Below the pieces are notes generated by a model that saw only the letters and a program-made list of their open reading frames with translations, was not told the origin of the DNA and ran no database searches. This document shows, piece after piece, positions 29,315 to 42,060 of a stretch of 64,000 nt of DNA (its first letter is position 1; each line of letters opens with the position of its first letter). The translations under genes and the position numbers were made by a program. Source of the DNA: the human T2T-CHM13v2.0 reference genome, Homo sapiens; the NCBI RefSeq assembly GCF_009914755.1, contig NC_060928.1; one strand, written 5' to 3'.

Positions 29315-30446
29315 TGCGTCGAAGCAAAACTTGTACTGGATAAAATTGAACAGTCAAGGAAGACTTTGAAGGAGTGAAGAATGTGCCATTCCCAAATATA
29401 CCAAATTGGTATATTGATTATTTTGAGTTGAAAAGCACTGAAGAAATATCAGAAAGGGCTAGATGACCTATCTCTTCCTAGATGCAGCAAACCTTAAAAA
29501 ATCCTTCATCTGGGAGGGTTACCCTCTCTATACCAGAGAGAAAATAGCCCTTATCACCAGAGACTGGGAAGTTGGGGCTGCAATGGACCTGAATAAATAT
29601 ACTTGCTGAAGTAATCTGTATTTTCCATTAGCTTTACACCCCTCCACACCACCTATACCTCCCAGTGACTTCCATAGAAATTTACTGTCTCTAACCATAT
29701 CTTCCTTGTCCTGTCAGTTCTTCCCAAATATATCATTCCTTGCCTAAATAGTATGAAAGCATCTTGCTTTGACCACTTCAAGCTTCACTTTTTTTGTAAG
29801 ATTCCCATGTACATGTTAAACTAATAAAATTTGTATGCTTTTCTCTTATTAATCTGCCTATTGTCAATTTGGTTTCTTGACTCAATTGAAGTGCCCACAA
29901 AGAGCCAAAAGCGGGGTTGGATGCGGTCTCTGGGTCTCCTACACTTTATTAAAGAACATTGCAATAGGGAGGAGAGCGCAGAACTCAGTCTAAGCTTAAC
30001 TCTGCTGAAACAAAGGGCTGAAGAGGTTTTAAAAGCTGAGATGGGGGCATTGTAGGTTATTTCTCTTTGCTAATTGGTTTCACCCAAAGGAAAACTAAAC
30101 TTCCTCATATCTTCATGATAGAAGAAAATTTTCCGACTTGGAACAAGGTGCCTGCTAAAGCTAGGCTCCTACCTTTCCATAGGAACTGGGGATAGGAACT
30201 CTATTTTCCTTGATGATGTCATTTCCAAGGATGGCTCCCAGATCCTTGAGAAAGACATTCTTGGAGTATAAACCTGGCAAGAGGCTTTTAAGAAGATTTA
30301 CTTCTCAAAGGGACAGAGGAAGAATTTATAATTACAAGTTTTCTAAAGCAAATGCTCTAAGTAAAGAGAGGTCAGTGACTTAGAGACATGAAGAAGCCTG
30401 TCTAAACTTTAGTCAAGCTGAGAGAAATGTTAAGGCCAATACTGTC
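29315..30446 (-). mobile_element. MER67-like ERV1 LTR, split by a MER34-like LTR and itself sitting in a MIR
   Basis: 'aacagtcaaggaagacttt|attaaagaacattgcaatagggg' continues across the nested insert; end 'gcctgtctaaactttagtcaagctgagagaaatgttaaggcc'. Confidence 0.7.
29367..29943 (+). mobile_element. MER34-family ERV1 solo LTR
   Basis: tgaaggag..gaatgtgccattcccaaatat...attattttgagttgaa start, AATAAA at ~29823, ..ctcctaca end, 4-bp TSD (actt/cttt). Confidence 0.75.
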
Positions 30447-30659
30447 TCGGCCAATTGTGAGGACTAAATAAATGTTGTGTTGCCTTGCAATCTGAAAAGT
30501 ACTATTCAAGAGTCACTTCCTCCTGGAAACTCTCCTCGACCTCTTAAGTCTATTCTCTGAGCTCTTCTTCTCTGGTCCCAGAGTGCCTGATCTTTCCTCC
30601 ACCATATGTCATGTTATATAGAGCTGCTAACAGCTTAAGTGCCCCTCAAAAGCAGAATA

Positions 30660-31020
30660 ATATAGACAGATAATGGTACATCCATGCACATGGGCACCAT
30701 AGCCATTAAAGATTATGTTGAAGAAGAAATTTAATAACTTAAATTGTTTAAGTTATTAAAACATAAAATAAAAATGTTTATGGTAGAGTGTTACATTAAA
30801 TAGGGGCAAATTATAAAACACTATGAAAAATATTGCAATTAAGGAACAAAGTAAATAAACAAACAAAATCCCTTGGAAGGATATATACCAAAAGGACAGC
30901 ATTTATCTTTGGGTGGTGGGGTTATGGTTTATTCTTATTTACTTCTTTGTGATTTACCATTTTTGTGGATTTTCTACGACAAAAATACATTACTTCCATC
31001 ACTAGAATGGAAAACACAAT
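30660..31020 (+). mobile_element. Ancient L1M 3'UTR fragment
   Basis: 'ataatggtacatccat...atagccattaaa...tggaaggatatataccaaa...ttatctttgggtggtggggttatgg'. Confidence 0.65.
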
Positions 31021-31796
31021 TTTATACAAAGAACCATGGACAGAAAAAGTCACCAGGGCCATATTTATGGCTGCCCAGCCATAGTCTAATGGAGGCAGAC
31101 ACAGTGCTTTATAATGTTTTATGAGTAATTTCTTGTCCTCCTTTTGATACTATCCTTCTGGTGGTCCAGACCTTGATGGAGAGCAAGGTGATGAAAAGGG
31201 CTCCATTTTTCCTGATCCACTGGTGTGTGAATAGCTGCCAGCCCTGCAGGAGAGAGGGTTAGGGAGAAGTTGTATAACAGGATTGGGGTTATGCTTTCTT
31301 GCTCCGGCTTCATCTGCATCCTTAATTGATCAATTCATCGATGGAAACATTTATTTCTATTGTTTGTCCCCACGTACCTTGCCAGGAAGAGTTGTTGAGA
31401 AATGGCATGGGCCGCATTGTGATAATGAGTGTGCATTCAAGGGGGTATTCAAGCAAAATCTGAAGGGACACTTGTCAGGAAAACGACGAAGAATCTTCAA
31501 GCTTCATATAAACCAGCTGGTTACCTTTGTGGGCTCTGTGGCCTTCCTCCAATTTAGTTTAAAGAGAAGGCGGTTTATTGGTAGGATAACTCTCTTTTAA
31601 TCCCTGAACAAAAGAGGAAGTACAGCCAGGCTTCCTAGGTACTGGGAAAGTCAGTCACAGTTGAGGAAGCCACTCTGACTTTTAGAGGTTTGTTTTCCGC
31701 TTTTCTCTGTGGCTGCATCTTGGAGCCCTAGCTAGCCCTACCTCTAAGCCACAAAATCTCTCCTCCAGTAACTATCAGAAACAGTGGTATTCCTCA

Positions 31797-31874
31797 AGAG
31801 GGGGAAGGAGGGAGGGAGGAAGAGAGAGAGAGACAGAGAGAGATTGAGAGAGAGGGAGAGAGAGAGAGAGAGGA
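31797..31874. repeat. Polypurine (GA)n tract
   Basis: agagggggaaggagggagggaggaagagagagagagacagagag...gagagagagagagg. Confidence 0.9.
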
Positions 31875-32914
31875 GACCAATCCAGTCATGCATCTGTGTT
31901 TGGGGGAGAAAGGATTGACAGGCACTATCACAACAGGTTAAAGTAATGAAAAATATATTGATTGGTAAACATGCACAAACCTTCCTGGATGACATACTTA
32001 TATATGGGGCAAATTTTCACAGCAGTTTCTATTTACCGGAATCTACTTCATCACCTTTCCTTGGTCAAATTGTTTTACATTGCAGTGGTAACTCGAGAAT
32101 GCCATTCTACATGGGTGATTAGAAAAACATTCTGGGGTTGGCTCTCTGAATTGTTATTTGAAATACACCATCTAGAATCTAAATGGCTTATATTCAGTTC
32201 AGTTACTCTGATTACAGGCATAAACTTGTATTTTTATGTTAATCTAAAGTCATTTCCTATATTTATTCAGTGGGCAGAGCTAGATAACTAGGGAATTGAA
32301 GACCTCTTTGAAAATATAGAAACCCTTAAAATATAAAGAAAACACTGGGAGTAAAATTTCCCTCCATTGTGTCACAGCAAGGCCTCAGGTTATGACTGCT
32401 GGTTCATTCTATAACCTTCGACAATATCCAGCCTCCCTCATTGTTGCCTTTGCCTGCAGCAGCTAGCATTTCCTTAACAAATTATGCCACGTTTTTCATT
32501 TCTATTCACTTCATCATTTAGTCAGCAGAGTTGTAATTCCTCTTTCCCTAATACGTCTTCATTTTCGACCCCATTACCTGCACAGTCTCTGAAGGCTCAC
32601 CTGTTCCTAGCACGGCGTTCCCATTCTCAAGGTGCTCTCCTGGGTCTCTGACAATCTGCTCCCTGCTAATTGGTGCAGATGGGAGTAGGAGGATAAGCAG
32701 AGCACATGAGGGAGGAAGCAGATTTTCCCAGTAAGTAAAGGGCCCTTGGGAGCCAAGGCACTTTGGGGAAGCTGCTTTAACTCTGTCAGGCACAATGAAA
32801 GAGGGATTTATGGAGTCTTATTCCAAGACATTTTTCTTGTCCCTAGAAACGATATTTCCAAAGGGTACACTAGTCTTGGCTGATCCTCTTGAGGTCTATA
32901 CTTAAGCAAGCTCA

Positions 32915-33180
32915 GAATAATAATAATAAATAATAAATATCACTTATTGAGCCCAACACAATGCTAAGCACTTTGTACATAATCATTCATTCATTCATTC
33001 ACCATAGGAAACCTATGAGGTGTGTATTATTTTTCCCGCATATCACCTGAAGAACCACAGTCTCAGAGACATTAAGCAGTTTGACCAAGCTGATGCAGCT
33101 CGTGGGAGGCTGAGTCAGGCTGAGATGGCAGATCTATCTGTCTCCAAGGAAAGTGTTCCCAGGCATTTACTCCACTGCCT
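32915..33180 (-). mobile_element. MIR, near full length
   Basis: aataataataa...cacttattgagc...ctaagcactttgtacat...cctatgagg...ctcagagacattaagcagtttgaccaag. Confidence 0.8.
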
Positions 33181-33462
33181 GAAGTAAGTAGAGTTTATTT
33201 TTGGATTCTCTTTCTATCCCTTTAGGTAACCTCTTTCCTTACTTCTGGTACTCCTTGTTGTGATCAAATTTCCCAGGGCCTGTGCTGCATTATAGGGTTC
33301 CTGGGATTGTTATCCTGCAAGTATTTGGTAAAATAATCTCCATTAGAGTGGCTAAGATGGTGCCCCTCATGTGGATACTCAGCTAGAGTTGAGTGCTCTT
33401 GAGGACTAAAAGCTAATGACGTAATTTTTAGTCCCTGTGTCTCAAAGCAGGGGAAATAGTTT

Positions 33463-34243
33463 TGAAATGGGAGAGTCCCTTTATGCCCCACACAGGATGT
33501 GCAACAAGGGTGTGGCTTGTGTGTTCGGCCACCAAGTGCTTAAACTCCCCCCACCCCCACCCTGTTACAGGAGGGGGAGCACACAGACAGGCAGGTTGAA
33601 GAGCTGGAGCAAGTGCCTTGGGGCTCCGGCCCCACCATAACTTCTAGGGGTGGGTATCTGTGACTCCCAAAGCCTAAGTGGGCATGTGTTACAGTGTGCT
33701 CTTTTAGCTTTGCTGTCCACAGACTGCTTAAGTGTTAATCAACTCAGTGCCCTCTTGGTACCCAGGTCGTTTTCTGGCATCCAGGAAGAATTAGGTCACA
33801 CAGGAACTTGAAGGATAAATGTGGGGGTTTTATTGAGTGGTGGAGGTGGCTCTCAGTGGGATGGATGGGAAGCTGGAAGGGGGATGGAGTGGGAAGATGA
33901 TCTTCCCCTGGAGTTTGGCTGTCCAGCAACCAATCTCCTCTCTAATGGTCCCTAGCTGAACTCCTGTTGGTGTTCAGATGCTCCTTCTCTTCTCTCCTCT
34001 GCCGTGCTGTTCTGTCATTCTTCTGCTCTTCTGTTCATCTCCTCATCTACTTCTGGAGCCTGGGGTCTGGGGTTTATATGGGTACAGAATAGGGGAGTGT
34101 GGTGGGCCAAAGACAACTTTTGGGCTCAAAACCAGGAATGCCTGTTCCCATTTGAAGCCATGGGTTTCCAGGCTTGGGGGTAGGGCCTTTGCTGGGGAAC
34201 CATCCTTTTCTACTCAATATTTTCCCGTCTCCTATCCATATCA
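33463..34243 (-). mobile_element. LTR1-family ERV1 solo LTR
   Basis: tgaaatgggagag ... tcctatccatatca termini; perfect 4-bp TSD gttt/gttt. Confidence 0.85.
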
Positions 34244-34296
34244 GTTTCTGGTGAAAAGCATTGCCAGAACAACCCATATCATATTGGTAAGGATTC

Positions 34297-34808
34297 TGTG
34301 ATGGTTAATTTTACAAGTCCGCTTGACTGGGCTAAGGAATGCACAGGTAGCTGTAAAACAGTATATCTGTGTGTCTCTGTGAGGGTCTTTCCAGAAGAGA
34401 TTAGCATTTGAACTGGAGAATTGAGTAAAGCTTGTAGCTCTCCCCAGTGCAGTGGGCATCATCCAATTCACTGAGGGTCTTAATAGAACAAAAAGGTGAA
34501 AGAAAGGTGAGTTCTCTCTCTGTGCTTGAATGGAGACATCCATCTTCTCCTGCCCTTGGAGGTTTTTGCTCTTCCTGGTTTTCAGGTTTTCATACTTAGA
34601 CCGGGTCTCATACCATCCTCCCACTTTGCTCAAGCTTGTGGACTTGTACTGAATGATGCTTACCTAATTCTCCAGCTTGCAGACAGCTAATCCAGCTTAG
34701 GGACTTCCGTAACTGCCTGAGCTAATTCCTATAAGTCTTCTATGTATAATATATATTTATTATATCTATATATTGATTCTGTTTCTCTAAAGATTCCTGA
34801 CTAATACA
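34297..34808 (+). mobile_element. MLT2 (ERVL) solo LTR
   Basis: tgtgatggttaatttt...ttgactgggctaagg...cctgactaataca; TSD gattc/gtttc. Confidence 0.9.
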
Positions 34809-35214
34809 GTTTCTGTTTTGCTTATATAATGACTAGCACATGGAAGGTACTTGGGGAATGTTTATTGAGTTGAATTACAGTGCAATCTCTAGTCTCAGAG
34901 ACTCCTCAGCATTTGGTTTGCACGGAATCAGGACATCATGGTACACTTTCAGGCATGTGGGCTACAGATCACCAGAGCTTTGGAAAATTGTAGAGCTACC
35001 AAGATTTTGGTTTGGAACCAGCCAGACCAGGCTCCAAAAACTGCTTCAAAAGAGTGAATTGCTTTAATAATGTGTAGTCCCGCTAGGACTCTGGGTTGTC
35101 ATTGAGTTCCAGGGTTTCTGTTTGGTGGACACATGGCACTGGAAGGGGTTAGGAGTGATGGGGTAAGGGTGCAAGAAAGGTTTGCAAGTAGGGTATAGGC
35201 ATTCCAGCTCAAAT

Positions 35215-35490
35215 TTACTCATGCCTTCATTGATTCCACAAATATTTATTGAGAATCTGGTATCAATCTGACAGTTCTGGGAATTTGAATTAGAGTGGCA
35301 AGTCAAGCCGTCATGAGGTTTCCATTCTGGTGTTGGAGACAGGAAGCAAATAAACATGTTATTTCCAGATACCTGTAAGTGCTGTGGAGACAAACAGGTG
35401 ACGTGTGGAAGACAAAGTGGTGTGGAGGATCAGGGAAGGGTGTTCTGAGGTGGTGACAGTAACTGGGAACTGAATGAATCTCTGGAGTCC
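35215..35490 (-). mobile_element. L2 3' fragment
   Basis: 'ttcattgattccacaaatatttattgag...tttccattctggtgttggagacag...atcagggaaggg'. Confidence 0.65.
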
Positions 35491-35739
35491 AGAGCCTCTG
35501 GTACGGGCCTGCTGATTGGAGCAGATCCAGCAGGAGCTGCACTGTAGCAGTTCATTTTATGTGGATATTGCTCTGTTATTAGTCACATCTTAATTCTTCA
35601 AATTCAATGATAACACAGGATAAAATTGTTCGTGGGACTTTGACACAGTCAGCCTGTGACATGAGCATTGCCCTTGTCATCCTGGGAGGCTTACATAGAA
35701 CTAGGCTCAAGGCAACCTATGGGAAGTAAAAGAAAGGTG

Positions 35740-37010
35740 GTGGAAAGGGCTGGATCATGGAGCCAAAAAAGCACAGTGAGCTTACTGAGAAATCTTGGTC
35801 AAATTATTAGGCTTTAGCAATCTCAGAGTTCTCACCTGTTAATTGATAGAAGGGGTTGGGAGAGGTGGACACTTGAAGGAAAGCATCCTAGTTCCTCTCT
35901 CTGGTACGTCTGTTAATCCTCACCTGGGTTGATCTGTTAAAGATATTCCCTGATCCATTTACATTTGTAAGAAATAATAAGTCCTGCCATTTATGAACCT
36001 CCAAGCCTTATACATTTTATATGTTCTCTTAGCCCCACAACAACTTTACAGAATAGCAATCTTTATTAGGTCAATTTTATAGGTAAGGAAACCAAGGAAT
36101 AGAGAGATTAGGAAAAGGAAAGGGGACCGACAGTAAACATTCACTATGTACAAGGAACTGTGTTTTGTGACTTTAAGGCGTGGTCTTGTTTTATAATCAT
36201 ACTAACTGCGCTCTGAGTCTCTTAAAGTTCCCACTTTACAAATAGGGAAACTGAGGCTCAGGATAGTCTATGATTAGCTCAATAAATGTAAAGAAAGAGA
36301 CAGAGCTGAAGTTTGACCCCAGCCCTATGCTGCTGCGAAGGTTCCTTCTTTTTCCACATATCACGTGGGGATGCTGATGGGGGATGCTTCTCTACCAGCA
36401 GCAGGGACTGGGGGGCTCTTTTCTGCCCTAGCAGAGATACTAGCCCTGGAGGGCTCTTGATGTCTGTCTAGTTACAATTCTGGGCACTGTTTCCATATTC
36501 CTGCTACGTTAGTTATGTGATGACAAGGCCTAATTATACCTGTCAATATCACCGGTGAGGTAATAGTACCACCTACCTAGAATTTTTGTAAAAATTCAAT
36601 GACAACATTTAAAAATGACAAAAATTATATGCTAGATTTAAAATGCCTCATCCAGGTATATATAGAAGGTACTTGATAAATGGCCTCTGTTACCTTTATT
36701 GAGAAATATGGCTTTTTTTTTTCTTTTGGGTCTCCAGACTTGAGCTTAGCATTTTTATGTTAAATTAAATAGAAAATATGTACATTATGAATAAACCAAG
36801 CACATATTGATGATAGCCTAATGGATGAAAGAAGTAATCAATTCACAGCTTGGACTTTGGGGACTTGAATTCTAGTCTAGGTTCTGCTAGTGTTATGTGA
36901 GATCATTCAGAAATCACTTAACATTTCTGGGCCTGTTTCCTCCCTTGTTTCATGGGGCAGTTGTCCCAGATGATCTCTATGGCCCCCTCTAACTATGGAA
37001 TTCTTACATT
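35740..37010. mobile_element. Cluster of about five MIR fragments in both orientations
   Basis: e.g. 'cccactttacaaatagggaaactgaggctcagg' and 'aaatcacttaacatttctgggcctgtttcc'. Confidence 0.65.
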
Positions 37011-37147
37011 ATTGAATTCAGAACCAGTAAAATCTGAATTCATTCCCTGATGTTTGTCACAGCTTAGTGACCCTATCTGATGCCCTATCTGATCCTATAA
37101 ATACTCACTTTCTTGGTATCCATGTGGGTTTCCATGTGTGGTGTCCG

Positions 37148-37902
37148 AATACCAAGACTGAGAGCACTGATTCCTGTTATCTGCCCTGGTAGCAGGATGA
37201 TCAAAAATGGAAGTCTGGGCCTAGTGATTAAACACACACACACATAAAAATTCCCTGGTGTTTGAAAGGATTCAACGGCACAATGAATCCTTTCCTTTTC
37301 CTAATCTCTCTATTCCTTGGTTTCCTTACCTATAAAATGGACATAATAAAGATTGCTATTTTGTAAATTTGTTGTGGGGCTAAGAGAACATATATGATGT
37401 ACAGGGCTTGGTATCCATGTGTGTAGACTGGATTTCACATTTTGGGCTTTAGGACATGAAAGGGTATCTTTCCTTTCCTGTCATGTTGTTTCATGTTCCT
37501 GATTTTCAACCAGGGGCAGTTTTGCCCCCTTGGGGACATTTCACAATGTCTGTAGACATTTTTGATTGTTACAACTAGGGGGAGGTGCTACTGGCATGTG
37601 GTGGGCAGAGGCCAGGGATGCTGCTCAACATCCTATAATGTACAGGACCGCTCCCCCGCAACTTGTACACAATAAATGCTTAACTGGTGCAAAAGGCAGT
37701 GGTAATCAGGATGAGAAACACTGTTGTATGTGGAAATATATTTACAAGAGACAAGAATATCCTAATACCAAGCCTGAGAGCACTGATTCCTGTTATCTGC
37801 CGTGGCAGCAGGATGCTCAAAAGTGGAAGTCTGGGCCTCGTGATTAAACACACACACACATGAAAATCCCCTTGTGTTTGAAAGGATTCAAAGGCACGAT
37901 GA
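37148..37902. repeat. 139-bp dispersed direct duplication (37148-37286 and 37764-37902)
   Basis: Ungapped alignment by eye, about 11 mismatches. Confidence 0.95.
37497..37723. mobile_element. MER20 hAT-Charlie DNA-transposon fossil
   Basis: 'caaccaggggcagttttgcccc...ggggacattt...aatgtctgtagacatttttg...gaggccagggatgctgctcaacatcct...gagaaacactg'. Confidence 0.9.
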
Positions 37903-39109
37903 GGGATGCTATTACAGTGCCTCAGACTTCTGCACAGAGGAAACACATTACCTACCTGTAATGAAGGATTTCTGAATAGATAAGGGCTGCAACTTCTACA
38001 GGGGAATGTTTTAGCCGGGGGCATGTGGATTTTAGCCGCATGAATAATATCAGCATTAATGGGAATCATTATGCTGCCCTGCATTGGAAATTTACCACCA
38101 AATGGATAACAATACCCGACAGTCAGAGGCCACTGAAAATCTGTTTCACTGGCAGGAGACATAGAAAAGTCTTGAGTGGGGAGCACTGTTGGCTGCCAGC
38201 TCATGAGTGGCTTCAGGCTGAGTGGTCTGTGTACAGACAGAATGGGGCACATAGGGCAATGTTATTCAATGACTGCATGAACCCAGGGTGGCATTAGGAC
38301 AGGTCAGTGATCTCGGGTTCACCTCTATTCCCCTATGGAGCTTTTTCTGTTCATTTTGTAGTGCTAGCACTCTGGTCCCTGTCACTTCCCAAGGACCCCA
38401 GTTCTCCTGACACCCTCCGGGAAAGTGGCCTGATGGACTAATTCTCTCTAAGGTGTCAAGGATTCAGGTATTACCTTCTGCAGGATAATTTGTGATTTAA
38501 AAGTGTGTCATCAACAAATAATCCAAAGCATGAATTTGAGGTGGATATGAAAGCACTGGAGCATAGAAATTTGTGTTTCTGGAGGGTCTGTAACGGTACT
38601 CTTAAGAATATTACCTGCCTCTGCATAAATCCCTCAGATCTTGATTTAAGCTGCTGTGGAGTGTTTTTGTGCATGTTGTAATTTATGGAAGTTCAATATG
38701 TAAAGCTGTAAAGAACTGGAGATGCTCTGTTAAAACAAGGCTTGGGGATCCGGGAGTCAGGCCCCTGGGTTCCTCCCCTGCACCACACCATTTGTTCCTG
38801 TTTTTTCTAGAAACATTTGGCTCCATGGAGCATAGCTCCTCAAGTGATAATAATATTTGTGTAGAATTCAGAGTACTCGGAGAACACTGCTGTAGGCTGG
38901 AGACAAAGACCCAGCCACCCTGAGGGCTGAGTGGATCAGTAATTGGGAACAGTCTGCCCTGGAAAGCTGTGCCAGGGAGCTTAATATGAAAATCACTGCC
39001 CTTGGGCGACCTTGACAAAACCTGACAAGTCTAAAGCCCTGAAACTGAAAAAAGTAGAAGATATCAGCCCCATTGCTAACTGGCACCATACTGGAGTTAA
39101 TGGGATTGG

Positions 39110-39525
39110 ATTCATTGTTTAATTCCTTAAGTAAATAACCATGGGTCACCTACTGTGTGCCAGTTACTCCTCTAGCTCCTGTGGAAATAGATGAACAAAT
39201 CCCTGCTTTCAGGGAGTTCACATTCCAGTGGGATGGGAGTGGGAACAAGTTAACCAAAAATAAATGAATGAAATATATAATCAGTGAGCTTCATAAAATA
39301 ATGCAAAACGACAGACTAGTATATATTTGTAAATGTGGTGGTCAAATAAGATAGTCAGGGAAGGCCTTTCTCAGGAGGAGGCCTCTAACCCGGGTGAGAC
39401 CTGAGTGACAAGGAGGATCCAACTATGTGGTGAGCTTGCAGAAGAGAGTTCCAGACACAGGACACAGTGTGGGTAAAGGTCTTGAGGTGACGCTAGGATC
39501 AGCATACGCAAGAAACAGCAAGAAG
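39110..39525 (-). mobile_element. L2 3' fragment
   Basis: 'cacctactgtgtgccag...aaatccctgctttcagggagttcacattccagtggg...gtcagggaaggccttt'. Confidence 0.75.
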
Positions 39526-40956
39526 ACCAATTTTTGTCTTTGAAAAGTTTTAAATCCCCCCCAAAATTAGCCATTTTTGGTGATTTTGATATTTTTGGTA
39601 CTTGATCCTTACCTAAAGCCTGTGAAGGTTATTGTAGTCTCGCGTTGGCTTTTTCCGAGCACTTCTGAAAGTGAAATGACTTGGTCATACCATGATGTTT
39701 GGGAGCGTGGAAGTGGGAGGGCCAAGCACAAAATTCACTGGAATGATGCCGACTCATCTTTACCTAGAAGACAAAGGATACCTCCAGATTTATAGACAGA
39801 TAACATTTTGGGCACTCCTTTTGAGGTATATTAAATAAATGATTTCATTTATTCTTTATAGCAACCTATGTGGTAGCTGCTATTGTTATTCCCATTTTAT
39901 ATATGAGGAAACGGAGGCACATACATTGCTGGGTAATTGGGCAAAAGGTATACCTTACAAAGAGTGGGGGGATATAGAGACCAAAGCCTGGTGAACTCAC
40001 TTCTAAGCCCACATTCTGAAGATGACCAAGATATCCATGCCATTGTGTTCAAGGTGTCTAAGGGAAGTGATGCGATATAACTTTCCCTCACTTGAAGATC
40101 AAAGGCTAGGCTCAAACCACTAGTGGGTCCTGCTATCTTCTGGCAGAAAACTGTCACAGCCTTCATGAAACTTTGCAATGCTTCCTGTATTTAAACACAA
40201 GTCTCAGTGCCTGTTTTTATCAAGAGACAGTCTTTTCTCCTAGCCATTAGGGAAGTACTCCTCATCATTACTCGGAATGTCACTTAGGCCACTCTCTCCC
40301 CACCAAGTCTGTTTATTAGGTGTGTGAGCAAGGGAGGATAGGATGACTTGAACTTCAAAACCCTGGATGCCTCCAGCTGCCGTTGAGCATGGCCCACTAA
40401 GCTCCCTGTACAGGTAAGAGATGTTTGCTACGTGCAGAAGTGACAACCTCCCATTCTGCAAAGACCTTTTCTCATTGCTCTTTCACTGTGTCATGGTGGT
40501 GACAAATCCCAGCCTTGTGATACCCGGCCTCCAATTCAGAAAATAATTTCCCGAGCTTTCCTATTGCTCAGTGATGAAGGAAGAAACTTCTTTCATTCTT
40601 CTTCACCCTTGCTTGTTGTGGGGTGATGAAAGATGAAGTTCCGGTGATGCTTTCCAGAATCTCTTGGGTTTAAACTTCAAAGTCCTAAGTTGGTGACTTT
40701 GAAGAAATATACCAATATAGCGGTGTTAATATTAAAACACAAAGGCAGGCACAACCTCTCAGCAATACTCATTAGGGGTTGAATTACTAATAGGAAGTAA
40801 TTCAGATGATGGAAACAGAAAATAAATGCAAATGTTCACTATCTGAAAATTAAGATGGATTATATTCCCAAATAGTACCCAACACGGTTGGTTATGAACA
40901 AATGTGAATTTCATTTTACCTTCCTTTGGGTCTATATCTTTACTGCTGGTGGTAGT

Positions 40957-41311
40957 TGTCATAGTCCGTTCTGCTGCTATAGCAGAATAACATAGACTAG
41001 ATGGCTTATAAACAACAGAAATTTATTTCTTGTAGTTCTTGATGCTGGGAAGTCCAAGATCAAGGGTGCCAGCAGATTTGGTGTCTGATGAGGGCTGCTT
41101 TCTGGTTCATAGATGGCAACTTGTCACTATATCCTCATGTGGTGGAAAGGGCAAGGCCCTGGGGCTTCTTTCATAAGGGCACTAATCCCATTCCTGAGGG
41201 CTCCACCCTCGTGACCTAATGACCTCCCTGAGTCCTCATCTTTTAATACCATCATGTTGGAGATTTTCAACATATGAATTTTAGAGGGACACAAACATTC
41301 AGGCCATAGCA
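40957..41311 (-). mobile_element. MLT1A-like solo LTR
   Basis: tgtcatagtcc...gggaagtccaagatcaagg...acacaaacattcaggccatagca; perfect TSD gtagt/gtagt. Confidence 0.92.
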
Positions 41312-41884
41312 GTAGTATTAATGAAATTTATAAAGCACATTAATGTCATTTGTAGGACTTCTTCACTTCTTATTCCCCCACCCTTTTTTGTCGCTTTAGG
41401 GAAACTGTGCCTCAGGCCCCCCAAAACAGTAAGTATTTGAAAGACTATGCAAAACTACAAAAAAAAAATAAGCTTATTTCATTTGCATGTTTTTAAGACT
41501 TTGCTATAACTTCAAAAACTCTGTCTTTATTTGTCTTTATATTCACAATTTAAAAACTCAGCTGATACTTCAAGCATTTCGAATATGACAGGGCTTTAAA
41601 TATTAACCTTAGGAGTGCTGATCAGTGGACACGAATACTTTGGAAAGTGATTTGTGTGTCTGGTACTAGTCCGCTTGTTTTCTTCCTTAATGACTAAGTC
41701 ACTCCTGAAAATAAATGAGCCATTTACAGAGACACATGCAGACTTTCTGGCCCTTGGGGCACTGTTTTAGTGACTGGAGAAAAATAGACTGTGCTGGTAT
41801 TGAGTCCAACCCAATTCATCTGCTCTGTATTTCCCTTTGGCTATTCAAGTGGTATGAGAAGCAGAATAAGTTATTATTACAAGA

Positions 41885-42060
41885 GCAGAACTGAGTTCAA
41901 AACTCGTCTTCATCACTCACTAGCTGTGTGACCTCAGGCAAGTTATTTAACCTCTCTGAACTGTAGTTCTGTTACCAGGGGATTAGTCTGAGAATTTTGA
42001 GAAACACCATCTATAAAGTGGCCAGTAGGGTGCCTGGTTCATAATTTATTCTCAACCAAT
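41885..42060 (+). mobile_element. MIR fragment
   Basis: 'gagttcaaa...cactcactagctgtgtgacctcaggcaagttatttaacctctctga'. Confidence 0.8.

Noticed and set aside
37680-38252. 190-aa ORF, the longest in the window
   Set aside because: Runs through a CA microsatellite, the local duplication and MER20; no protein-like signature
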